DNA from: Octopus sinensis
Lineage: Eukaryota
Assembly (NCBI RefSeq): GCF_006345805.1
Contig: NC_042997.1
Coordinates: 83,762,001 to 83,826,000, forward strand
DNA length: 64,000 nucleotides
Direction: 5' to 3'
Positions within the stretch are counted from its first letter, which is position 1. Each line of letters starts with the position of its first letter. Shown one piece after another: positions 13,676 to 26,010 of this stretch. Below the pieces are notes generated by a model. It was not told where the DNA came from. It did no database searches and saw only the letters and a list, made by a program, of their open reading frames with translations. A program made the position numbers and the translations under genes.

Positions 13676-14072
13676 ACTTTGTTACTTGTTTCAGTTATTT
13701 GACTACAGCCATGCTGGAGCACCATCTTAAAGGGTTTTTAGTTGCATAAATTCACCCCAGGACTTATTCTTTGTAAGCCTAGTACTTATTCTATCAGCCT
13801 CTTTGGCCGAACTGCTAAATTACAGGTATGTAACAATATCAGTTGTCAAGTGATGGTTGGGGGACAAACACAGACACAAAGGCGCACACATGCATACACA
13901 CACACATACGACAGGCTTCTTTCAGTTTCCATCTATCAAATCCACTCACAAAGCTTTGGTCGACCTGAGGCTATAGTAGAAGATGCTTGCCCAAGATGCC
14001 ATGCAATGAGAACCTGGAACCATGAGGACCGATGCGATTAGGAAGCAAGCTTCTTACCACACAGCCACACCT
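13676..14072 (-). mobile_element. SINE family A, near full length
   Basis: Reverse complement of family A from head to tail. Confidence 0.85.
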
Positions 14073-14689
14073 GATCATATAACTTTTTTTTAAGAAGTAT
14101 ATTCAGAATAGTGAATGGAATGATAATAAAAGTACAACAACGATACTAATATAGATTTGCAAATCTAGGGATCTAGGAAATTTAGGATTATTGATAAAGC
14201 AAATTTCATAAATTTCTCATTTATTTATTATTTTAGAGGGTTTTTTTTAATCATTTTATTTTTTTATAAACCCATTATTTTCAGTCAGAATGGTTGGAAT
14301 GTTTTGTTTTTGAAAAAAATATCATCATTTGTACAGCGTCTGACATAAACTTCTTGATCTTCATGCAAACTACTTGCTTTAAGCATAACATTAAGAGATG
14401 ATTATGCTTGTCAGCCAGGCAGATAGAGACAAGGAAAATTATATGACTAGCCCAGAGGCAAACAAAACAAATAGCTTCAATGAACTTTGAATATGCAATC
14501 ATATAGTCAAAAATCCAACACTATATTCCCAAAGAGACATATTAAAAAAAAAATCAATCTCAAATTTTCTAAAATTGAAAAAAAAAGGGTTACAATTAAT
14601 TAAAAATTATTAGTGTAATTTGAACTTTAAAAAAATGTCACCAAACCAAGGAGCATCTTTATACATAAAATCTGTTCTTTAACACTTTA

Positions 14690-14945
14690 GTATTCTTGAG
14701 CAAAACACTTTATTCTGTGTTGTACCAGTTCACTCACCAATAGAAATGAGTTGCAATATCACTGGTGCCAGCTGTATTGGCCTTTGCCTTTCTTTCGAAT
14801 AACATTGGTGGCATGGAGAGGAGAGGATGGTATGCATGGGGGACAGCTGGTCTTCCATAAACAACTTTGCTTGGACTTGTGCCTCGGAGGGTAACTTTCT
14901 AGGTGCAATCCCATGGTCATTCATGACTGAAGGGGGTTTTTACCC
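14690..14945 (+). mobile_element. Shared-head SINE, tail type d (5'-truncated)
   Basis: Matches the full-length inverted copy at 25535-25875 (GAGGGTAACTTTCTA..CATGACTGAAGGG). Confidence 0.75.
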
Positions 14946-14994
14946 ATACACATTATGTCAAATCACACTAGCACTATTGATGACATATAACACA

Positions 14995-15210
14995 ACACAA
15001 CCTGTTGCATGGTTGACTCATTGGTAACTAAACTGGTAATCTTGCAAAGCTTGTGGGTGAGGAGGTTGATTTTTGGACACCCTGTGGGCTAAAAACGAGA
15101 CCCATCAAAGAGCAGAGGAATCCAAGAGAGTCAGTGGCCATCCAAGGTAGACAGCACTCACCAGTTGTAGTGAAGACAATATAAGAGAAGGAACTTTCTG
15201 AAATAAAAAC
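14995..15210 (+). mobile_element. Probable RTE-group LINE 5' UTR fragment
   Basis: Homologous to 60328-60455, which runs into an APE-like start; contains GAGAAGGAACTTTCTGAA. Confidence 0.45.
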
Positions 15211-15529
15211 TATTCAGTGAGGACTTGCAATCAACTAATGCAATTTTGTACAGAAAATATTGTGACATGGAGATGTTATAGTTTTGTCTATGGATCGTTT
15301 AACGTCCACTTTCAAAAAAAAAAAAAAATGGTATGCATTTCTGTATGAGTATAAATAGTTATATTTAAGTTTATTATCTACATATAGGAATAGATACATC
15401 TGGCTAAATCTGCATAATTTCTGGGAGTGGCATCTCACCCTCGAGCTATATTACATTATCTCTTTTTATATATATGGTTCCAAAGATAATCCTTTCTATG
15501 CATTTAAATGCTTTCTGAAATAAACATAC

Positions 15530-15620
15530 ACTTCATTTTAATGGCTCTGAGGAAGCTATAAGATGTTCAGCTCTGAATAAGTCACTTCTTATATCAGAAA
15601 CAGTAGTAAGCTAATGAAGT
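15530..15620 (+). ncRNA. Type I hammerhead ribozyme-like motif (slightly degenerate)
   Basis: Stem I GGCT/AGCT plus ACTTCATT/AATGAAGT; CTGAGGA 15547-53; stem II TATAAGA/TCTTATA; GAAA 15597-600; C-AGTA-G; TA 15607-08. Confidence 0.6.
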
Positions 15621-15744
15621 TAATTATATAATTTATGTTGCCTTATCAATTAATTTAATTAATTAATGTATGTAATTACTACTTCTGAAGTTATGCTAGC
15701 TAGGAGACATATGTAACCTGGATTTTACCTGCTCCATTCCCTAA

Positions 15745-15869
<125 letters not shown>

Positions 15870-16179
15870 GAGAGACTCAATTTAGAGATACTTGATATAG
15901 AAAACACTTAGTAGTGCTCAAATGATTTGAACTTACACTCTGAAATCTTTACCGATGACTGAGACTTCGAGGTAAAGAGTGGCTATAAGAGGAACCCAGG
16001 TGAGCAGATATGTTGGCAGATGTTGTTTGTAAAAAGTCAAGGATATGCAACTGACGGTGGAAGCATATAAAACATTAGGTAGATCTGAGCCCCCAGAAAT
16101 AGCTGTCAGACCCATAACACCATACCTTTCTCCCTTAATTTTTAGTGTCTTTGTACTTTGTGTAAGTTTGCTCTGTTAG

Positions 16180-16235
<56 letters not shown>

Positions 16236-16398
16236 ATTTTGACAAAGGTATCTTGGGTCAGATGAGTAGCTAGGTTACCTCTCATTAGGGAAATTATTAC
16301 TTCCAAGGTTCTGCTAGCTAGGAAACATATGTAGCCTGGATTTTATCTACTCCATTCTCTAAAAAAAAAATAGTCTCAGCAGGTAATGCTGCTGTAGA

Positions 16399-16570
16399 AT
16401 ATTGAGAAAAAGGAGGCAGTCAAAATTTTGGATAATTCTTTATAAGCACTTTCATTTGTTTATCAAGCTCATCAAGACAAAATTTTGATTGTCTTGACGA
16501 GTTTGATAAATGAATGAAAGTGCTAATAAAGAATTATCCTAAATTTTGACTGCCTCCTTTTTCTCAATAT
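16399..16570. repeat. ~170-bp palindrome (fold-back element)
   Basis: ATATTGAGAAAAAGGAGGCAGTCAAAATT...AATTTTGACTGCCTCCTTTTTCTCAATAT; arms ~82 bp around a short loop. Confidence 0.9.
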
Positions 16571-16592
16571 ACAATATCTGCACACAACTTCA

Positions 16593-16772
16593 AGGAGTGG
16601 TTGTGTGGTAAGTAGCTTGCTTACCAACCACATGGTTCCGGGTTCAGTCCCACAATGTGGCACCTTGGGCAAGTGTCTTCTACTTTAGCCTTGGGCCAAC
16701 CAAAGCCTTGTGAATGGATTTGGTAGACGGAAACTGAAAGAAGCCTGTTGTATATATATGTATATATACATA

Positions 16773-16804
<32 letters not shown>

Positions 16805-17022
16805 CATGTTTGTGTGTCTGTGTTTGCTCCCCCCCCCAACATATCTTGACATGTGATGCTGGTGTGTTTATTTCCCCATAACTTATCAGTTCGGCAAAAA
16901 AAGACCAATAGAATAGATACTAGGCTTACAAAGAATAAGTCCTGGGGTCGATTTGCTCAACTAAAAAGGTGGTGCTCTAGCATGGCCACAGTCAAATGAC
17001 TGAAGCAAGTAAAAGAATAAAA

Positions 17023-17025
<3 letters not shown>
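16593..17025 (+). mobile_element. SINE family A, full length
   Basis: Complete head, TA/TG core and tail. Confidence 0.9.
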
Positions 17026-17069
<44 letters not shown>

Positions 17070-17189
17070 TTATTTGAATGCTTTCAATCTTTGTTTTCTT
17101 TGTATTTACATGTATTTATGTATATTTTATATATCTAGTCCAAGTAGTTTTATTTGTTTATTTGCATCATTATCTCTGAGTATAGATTC

Positions 17190-17560
17190 TTTTATTCTTC
17201 TACTTTTGATTCCGACCATGCTGGAGCACCACCTTAAAGGGTTTTAGTCAACGAAATTGACCCCAAGGCTTATTCTTTGTAAGCCTAGTACTTATTCTAT
17301 CAGTGTCTTTTGCTGAACCACTAAGTTACAGGGACATAAACACATCAGAATCAGTTGTCAAGTGATGGTGGGGGTATAAACCCAGACACACAGATAAATA
17401 CACACACACACATGCACACACACACACACACACACACATATATGACAGGCTTCTTTCAGTTTCTGTCTACTGAATCCACTCACATGGCTTTGGTTGGCTT
17501 GAGGCTACAGTAGAAGACACTTGCCCAAGGTGCCACATATGGAACTGAACCTGGAACCAT
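17190..17560 (-). mobile_element. SINE family A, inverted relative to 16593-17025
   Basis: Reverse complement of family A. Confidence 0.85.
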
Positions 17561-18154
17561 GTGTGTGTGTGTGCAATGTATGAAGCATTTGTATATAAGT
17601 ATTCTTCTATTCCTTTACTGCCTTTCAATCACTGAACTGCAACCAGACTGGAGTAGTATGTTCAAGTGGATAGTTGATTGTATTGACCCTCCACTATTAC
17701 TTGTACACTGGTACTTATTTTGTCAAGTTCAGAAGTATGGAAGGCAAAGTCGTCTAGCGTGGGACTTGTATTCAGAATGTACAGGAATGTAACTGAACAC
17801 TATCAGATAATTTGTCTGATGCCCTAACAATTCTGTCATCCACTGCCTTATGTTTATGAGTAAATGCTCAAAAGCTAAGTGTGTGTGTGTGTGTGTTTTA
17901 TTTAACACACATAGTGAGAGAGTGAAGGTATAGGCACAGATTGTTGTTTACTTTTACTGCTTGTATGTATGTATGTATGTATGTAAGGCATTTGTATCGC
18001 ATAACGTATACAATATCTACATGCATGTGTGGGATTATTAGCAGTAATGGGTGTGAAGATGTGCAAAGGCATGGCCATGCATACAATGTACTTGTGTGTG
18101 GTGTGTGTGAGAGACAGAGAGTAAGTTAGAGAGATAGAGTATGAGTGCATGCAC

Positions 18155-18860
18155 ATGTATGTGTATGCATGTATGTATGTATATGTGTGTATATATATAT
18201 ATATATAGATATACTTATACATATATTTATACATATATATATATATATAGATAGATAGATAAATAGATACATAGATATACTTATACATATATTTATACAT
18301 ATATATATATATAGATAGATAGATAAATAGATACATATATATATACATATATACATACACACACATATATACATACATATATATATAAGCGTATACATAT
18401 ATATATATATGTATACGCTTATATATATATATGTATGTATATGTATATATGTGTGTATGTATATATATATATATGTGTGTGTGTATGTATATATATATAT
18501 ATATATATGTGTATGTATATATATATATATATATATGTGTATGTATATATATATATATATATATGTGTATGTATATATATATATATATATATGTGTATGT
18601 ATATATATATATATATATATGTGTATGTATATATATATATATAGATATATGTGTATGTAGATATATATATATATATATATGTGTGTATGTATATATATAA
18701 TAATATATGTGTGTATGTATATATATATATATATGTGTATGTATGTATATCTATATATATATATGTGTATGTATATATATATATATATATATATGTGATG
18801 TATATATATATATATATATATATGTGTATGTATTATATAATATATATATATATATATGTG

Positions 18861-18895
<35 letters not shown>

Positions 18896-18898
18896 ATG

Positions 18899-18930
<32 letters not shown>

Positions 18931-18958
18931 CATATATATATAATATTATATATATATT

Positions 18959-19000
<42 letters not shown>

Positions 19001-19302
19001 ATATATGTTGTTTATATATATATATATGATATATATTATATATTATTATATATATATATATATATTAATATATATAATATATATATATATATAGATATAT
19101 ATATACATATATATATATATACAATATATATATATATATATACAATATAGATATATACATATACATATATATTATATATATACATATATATATAATATAT
19201 ACATATATATACATATATATACATATATATAGATATATATATACATATATATACATATATATACATATATATATATATATATAATATATATACATATATA
19301 TA

Positions 19303-19343
<41 letters not shown>

Positions 19344-19497
19344 TATATACATATATACTATATATGCATTATATATATATTATATATATAATATATATAC
19401 ACCACATATATTACCACACATACACGCACACACACATACACCACACACTTACACACACATATACATATACACATATGCATATATATATATACACATA

Positions 19498-19545
<48 letters not shown>

Positions 19546-19571
19546 TATATACATACATATATGTTGTGCTG

Positions 19572-19618
<47 letters not shown>

Positions 19619-19620
19619 TA
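18155..19620. repeat. ~1.4-kb compound (TA)n/(TATG)/(TAGA) microsatellite field
   Basis: Directly visible; source of many YI/IY ORFs. Confidence 0.95.
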
Positions 19621-22329
19621 GATTAGTGGTGAGTGTTTGAGTAAGTGTATGCATGTGTTCGGTGTATATTTGTGTCTAAATGGTATATGGTTAGTTTGTT
19701 GGTCAGTCTGTCTGGCTGTCAGCCTGTATGCACAGATTTCAAAATCTCATATTTCAATAATTTTATTTAGTCTTCCACTTCTGTCAAGTCAAAATGGCAG
19801 AAAATTAATCCTGGGAAATTAATGTTTGTAATTCATAACGCCAAAGAACTGAATTTCTTGATTTATGTAAGGCTTGTATTTTGGTTTGTTTTTGGCTTAT
19901 TTCATTTTGTTTCTTATGTTTCTTTTTCTTTGTTTTTCCTTCCTTTTTACAAGAACATTTCATGCATATATATTATTGACAGAAATAAATAGATAACAAA
20001 AATAAAAAAAAAATAATATATAAACTATAACAATAAATAAAAGTGAAATAAATGAATAAATAAAATAGAACTCTTCTAAAAATATACGAACATTTTGCAA
20101 ATTTTCTTCCCTAAGATATTGCTGCTGCTCTTGTGAATAAAAACAAATACATAAATATTACATATAGAAGACAAAAAATAAACTCCCTCCCTCCCCATCT
20201 CTCTACAAAAAAGAACAGAACAAAAAATTTTTTTAAATCAACAAATTATAAAAAAAGAAAAAGGCGCCTAAGACTTATGAATGACCTAAGAAAATTTGAG
20301 AATTGCAGACAAAGGTTGAGGGAAAAATGTTATGGGAGATATATATCTGACATAGTATGGGAGAGGGAACGTTGAGGGTACAGTGCTGTGTTTGTGAGTG
20401 TGTGTGTGAGAGAGAGAAAGAGAGAGTGAAAGCAGTAACAGTAATAACAAGAACAATGACCATGGGACAACAATGACAGCAACAGCAATTAACAAAGAGT
20501 CTCTCCCACACTCTCTCTGCTTTACATTCTCATTCACAGACACAAACACACACATTCACACACACACACACACATACACATTTGAGTGCATATGTGTGTG
20601 TGTGCAGATGTAATTAAAGAGACATACTTTATGCAATGTGTAAAGCAGGCATCTATGTATCATACCCAATGTATACAGACTGTTCACAGGCCATTAACTG
20701 TAGTATTTTCTCAAGACAACATCTCTTCTGGACTTGCTATGTTAAAAAGGGACAATAAATATCAGAAAAACAGAAACAGAAAGTGAGATACACACACACG
20801 CGAAAATTTGTCCCAGCAGTGGTCACTGCAGCGAGAGCACCTTCTGGACCCTTTCAATGAGGCATACACACAGTCAGCCATATGTTTGGATGAGAATTTA
20901 TCATCTCTGATACACGTAAGAATGAATAAAGCATTCACTGATGTAGTAAATAAGTGTCTGACTGAAGAAAAAATCTGGTACATGCAATTGAAGAAGTATT
21001 TAACCAAGACAACCATCTATGAAGTATATTTAATGTAAATACACTATTGATAGGCCAGTTACTGTAGCATTTGTCCAGAGATGATATCTCTTATGGACTT
21101 GTAGAGTTAAAAAAGCAACAAAAAATCAAAGAGAGTAAAGTATTTGTGCATAAGCGTTTGTTCTTTTATTTTTTACTGATTCCAGTCACTGAACTATAGC
21201 CATGCTTGGGGTAGCATACATATATATATATATACATACATCTATATAAATATATGTATATAGATGCGTGTTGCCCTTACATACAGGCTTGTCCTTTGCA
21301 ATCTTCTCCAGGTGGGCATACAGATATATATATAGAATCACGCACACACACACACACGTGATGAGCTTGTTTACTTTTCCCTCCACCACATCCACTCCCA
21401 ATGTTTTGGTTGGCCTAGGGTATAGTAGAAGACACTTGCATAGGGCTGTTAAGGAGGACTGAACCAAGACCACATGGTTGTGAAGTCAATTTCTAAACAA
21501 CATAGCCATGCCTGCCTATATATATGTAGGTATTCACACACACATACATATACACATTGCATATGCTTACATGAATACACACACATATGAATATATGAAA
21601 AAAATATATATACACATACATAGATGTTGAGCAATGAGAATAGGTGTTCAACATCACATTGTTGGATAAAATTTCTTTATTTGTGTATTAAGGCTACCAT
21701 TAGTTTCATGTTAAGAAAATATCTTACTATCTCAATATTTCAAGCTGATCACATGGAGGAATGGCGTTCGTCTCAGAATGTAAAGGCAGATGAAATACTG
21801 CTAAGCATTCTGCCTGGCATGCTAACGCTTCTGATAGCTTGCTGCCTTACATTACAAATAAATATCAATAGAAGTCTATACAGATGTTCCTGCTATTTTG
21901 CAGGCAATCCTAAATATAAGAAAAAAAATTTCAAAATATGAGATGTGATTTTGTGGGGTTATGACACCCTGTAAAACAGTTACTCTGAAAGTAGATATGA
22001 ACGTCTATTATTCCTACCAAAATTTGGACAATGAAAATACTTAGATCTGGAATTATGCATCATGGAATAGTGACCTAAAGCACAAATCCATCATATTTGA
22101 TTCCTGGAAATCCAATGTGAGACAATATTTAAAAAATCAAATATCAAGACCATGGATTTTCAAATAAAAATTGTTTCAACTCTTAGCACAAAGTCATTTG
22201 TCTCTAAGATAAGTAACCATAAAATCTAGGGGTAAATTACATAGAAAAACCAAGTGCACAGTAGCTTTATGCATAAATTAGGGAAAATCTAATATTGGAT
22301 CCTTTGGATATAGTGTATTTGTTTGAAAT

Positions 22330-22362
<33 letters not shown>

Positions 22363-22549
22363 AGAGAGAGAGAGAGAGAGATTTGAGAAAAACCACTATT
22401 ATGTAATTCAAACAATGATAGACATAAATCACATTATATAGAAAAATAAAATATATGATAAAACAATTAATTAAAATAAAAATACTTAAAATAAAAATTG
22501 ATTTAATACTAAATTGAATTTTTCCCTGTAAGTTTGGAGTTATACTCCC

Positions 22550-22590
<41 letters not shown>

Positions 22591-22939
22591 CTATCTATCT
22601 ATATATATATATATGAACCTTATGTTTTTTTTAAATAGTTTAAATATGTCTGTGATATATTTCAAATTCTAAAGGCAAATTCACTGGCTTTAGTATTCTT
22701 TTTTATGGCAAAAGGTGTAAAAAACACCATTACTACTTAGTGCTTCCCCCTAGCAGATTCTCAGATCTGTTTCTAGCTCTTTAGCCATCACATATGGGAA
22801 AATACTGAAGAGAGGTAACTCTGGGCAGGTTTTACAGTCATAACTTTAACTAAAATACAGTCACCAACATTGACTGAGTTACACACACACATATGTGAGT
22901 GTGTGTGTTTGTGTATGTATGTATATATGTGTGTGTATA

Positions 22940-23451
22940 TCTATATATATAAAACTGTAGTTGTGTGAGTGTCTGTCCCCTTCGATTTAGATTCCTAACT
23001 ACTCTCACATTTTGCGGTGCAGTTTAACCAAATTCGGGTATCTTATAGTCGTGATTCATATCGAGCCCGTCTGAGTATTAGCGCACGTCTACGATGAGTC
23101 TACGATTTAAAAAATAATTTAACATCATTTTTTATTCCATTTTAATGCATAATTTTTCGTGTGTCGATGGCGGCGGAGTTGGCGTCCATGGTCATACCTG
23201 CACCTGTTTGCTTCTCCCCCTTCTTCCCTCCCTCGTGAAGCTGTGGGGAAGGGAGTGTAAGGAAATCAACGTCGTAAAGCGTTGTCAAGGAGACCAGCGT
23301 TCTTTTAGAACAACGACTTCATGGCTTGAAGACACCAAAACAGAAATGGCTAAGAAAGCCCGAATTGGCATCTATAAGGGAAGTAACTCTCTAAAAATGC
23401 TTATATAGTTATTTCCCTTACAAACCCGAGCAACGCCGGGCGATACTGCTA

Positions 23452-23452
<1 letters not shown>
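22940..23452 (+). mobile_element. Non-autonomous Helitron (513 bp)
   Basis: A|TC 5' end at 22940; GC hairpin CCCGAGCAACGCCGGG 23425-40; CTAG|T 3' end at 23452; no TSD; CpG-rich relative to its surroundings. Confidence 0.85.
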
Positions 23453-23508
<56 letters not shown>

Positions 23509-23857
23509 TATATTTATAAATATATACTCATATATGTAAAATGGTACGGTATAATTTGAGGGATATCTGGCTGCTGTTTTTGTTGGCACATGTATGTTTC
23601 AGTATATCAAAAAAAAATAGGCTTTCAGTTCCACCAACAATAATGTGTTATGTTTACCAATGGTGTCTTACAGTGCTGGTACAAAGTCTGTGCATATCTG
23701 CTTAGGGTCAGTAATAATATCATGATCCCAGCCAAACATAAATTGTATTACTGTATTATACCTCTACCACTGAAACCCACAGAATGGTTCCCAACTCAAT
23801 AATTTGTAAGGCTGAACTCTGAATATCTAATCCTATCTTCATTTCTAATTACAACTT

Positions 23858-24430
23858 CAGAATTTCTCCAGCTACAGCTTGTGTTGACATAAATCAATTT
23901 ATTTATGCTACACTTGAGTAGATAAGTTATTTCAGAACACCAATACATAATGAGTGGGTGCAAAGAAATCTTTATGCTTTTTGACTTCCAGCAGGAAACA
24001 ATCTTTGCATCCAGCCAAGCAACAACTTTAAGAAGTCTTGAAACTTAAGGATACAGGATCTTGACATTTCACCTATTGCTTGACCATTGAAAAATCGAAT
24101 ACTTGAGCGACATAAAAGTGGGTTTCCAGACCTATTCCTAATTATATACATTGCTCTTATTTTGTTTCAGTTTATTGATATTGCAAAAGCCTAATAATAA
24201 AAGAGAAAAATAAAATAAAGAAGGTCAAAACCCATTTTCAGAATTCCCCTTAGCTACAGCTCCATAATCATCAGAATTCCCTTGGCTACAGCTTGTGCTC
24301 ACCATAATCAATTTATTTATACTTTGCTTCAACAAGTTAACTAAGTTATTCAAGAATACTAATAGATAACAAGCTGGCACATAGAAATTTCTACAGCTCT
24401 AGCGAGAAACAATCTTTGCATGCAGCCAAT
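23858..24430. repeat. Local direct duplication (~155-bp units at 23858-24017 and 24272-24429, plus a 30-bp partial at 24238)
   Basis: AGAATT..GCTACAGCTTGTG..AATCAATTTATTTAT..TAAGTTATT..GAAACAATCTTTGCAT.CAGCCAA in both units. Confidence 0.8.
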
Positions 24431-24949
24431 AACTGAGAAACAACAGTGCCAGCATTATTTATGTGTTGGAAATTGCAGCAGTAATTGGGTCTTTTTGTAA
24501 ACTTTTCCACTTGGCCGATTATGCAAAGAGGCACTACCATGAAATTGACTGCCTTCTAGAGTTTTAAAATTGTGGAGAGAGGCATGGGAAAGAAATAATA
24601 ATAATAATAATAATAATAATATAATAATAATAATGATAATAACATCAAGAAGAAGAACAACAACAAAAATACAAAAGAGAAAAACCTCTATCAATACATC
24701 CAGTTATGTGTTGTATTTAGTTTAATACATTCAATAAAATTTCATAAGAGTATTGGAGAGAATTTCTTGATTTAATATTGATTTTTATTAGCACAGTTTC
24801 TGCATAAGTGTTTCAAGATATATGTGTCTATAAACACACACACAAACACAAATTCATATATATATATATATATATATATATAAACGTACATATATGAGTA
24901 TGCATAAGTGTGTCTGTGCATACACACACATACAAACACATACATATGC

Positions 24950-24991
<42 letters not shown>

Positions 24992-25534
24992 GTACATACA
25001 TGTGTGTCTACACATGTATATATTTACGCACACACACACACATATATGTATACATACATGCATATACATATATATATGTAGACACATGTGTGTATACATA
25101 TGTGCATATATATATATGTTTGCATAGATCATGTTTACACATGTGAAAATATGCATATGTATGTCTATATACTCATATCAATATATACATACGTAAGTTT
25201 CTACACATGGACTATTCACACACCCATATAAACTTATGTAATTTAATATTTTCTTGTTTTCACTCAAGATTTTTAGCTGTCTCTTTCGTTTTTCAAAACA
25301 TACTGGGAAGTAGATGAAATAAAAAGAAAACCTACCAAAAAATAATAAAGTGTTAGAAAAAAATAACAAAGTAAATAAACAGACAAGTATTAGAAAATAC
25401 AGTTAAAGTGTTTAGTTTTCATTAGTAAATCAGTATTTGAATTTAAGTCAAAATTTGAGCAATGCAAGAAAGAAGATATGTTATATTGTCAAGTTTAAAA
25501 AATTCTGGTGAAGTAACTACAGTGTTATGGTAGT

Positions 25535-25875
25535 AAAAACTCCCTTCAGTCATAAATAAGCATGAGATTGCACTTAGAAAGTTACCCTCTGAGGCACAAA
25601 TCCAGGCAAGGTTGCTTATGGAAGACCAGCAGTCACCCATGCATACCAGCCTCCCCTCTCTATGCCACTGATGTTATCCAAGGATAAGGCAAAGACCGAT
25701 ACAGCTTGGCACCAATGACATTGCAACTCATTTCTTCAGTTGAGTGAACTGGAGCATTGTGAAAAAAAGTGTCTTGCTCAAGAACACAACACACAGCCTG
25801 GTCCAAGTATCAAACTCACTATCTCATGATTGTGAGCCCAACACTCTAACCATTGAGCCATGTGCCTTCACTGTT
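25535..25875 (-). mobile_element. Shared-head tRNA SINE, tail type d, full length
   Basis: Minus-strand head TGGCTCAATGGTTAG..GAGTTTGATAC, TTGAGCAAGACAC block, distinct tail. Confidence 0.8.
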
Positions 25876-25969
25876 TTGGTAGTACAACATACATAATGAC
25901 AGAGTGAGTCAAGCTTGATTGCTTGCTTGAAGTATTCAATTGTTAAATTGCCCCAATCTGATCTACAGC

Positions 25970-26010
<41 letters not shown>

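Noticed and set aside
17898-19654. Many ORFs up to 158 aa rich in Y/I/C/V/H/T
   Set aside because: Translations of TA/TG/CA microsatellites; the same applies to 24772-25156, 54132-54923 (218 aa) and 58010-58418.
20808-21038. 76-aa ORF with ordinary composition and an internal GTAAG donor-like site
   Set aside because: Non-ATG start, no clear acceptor, no recognisable domain.
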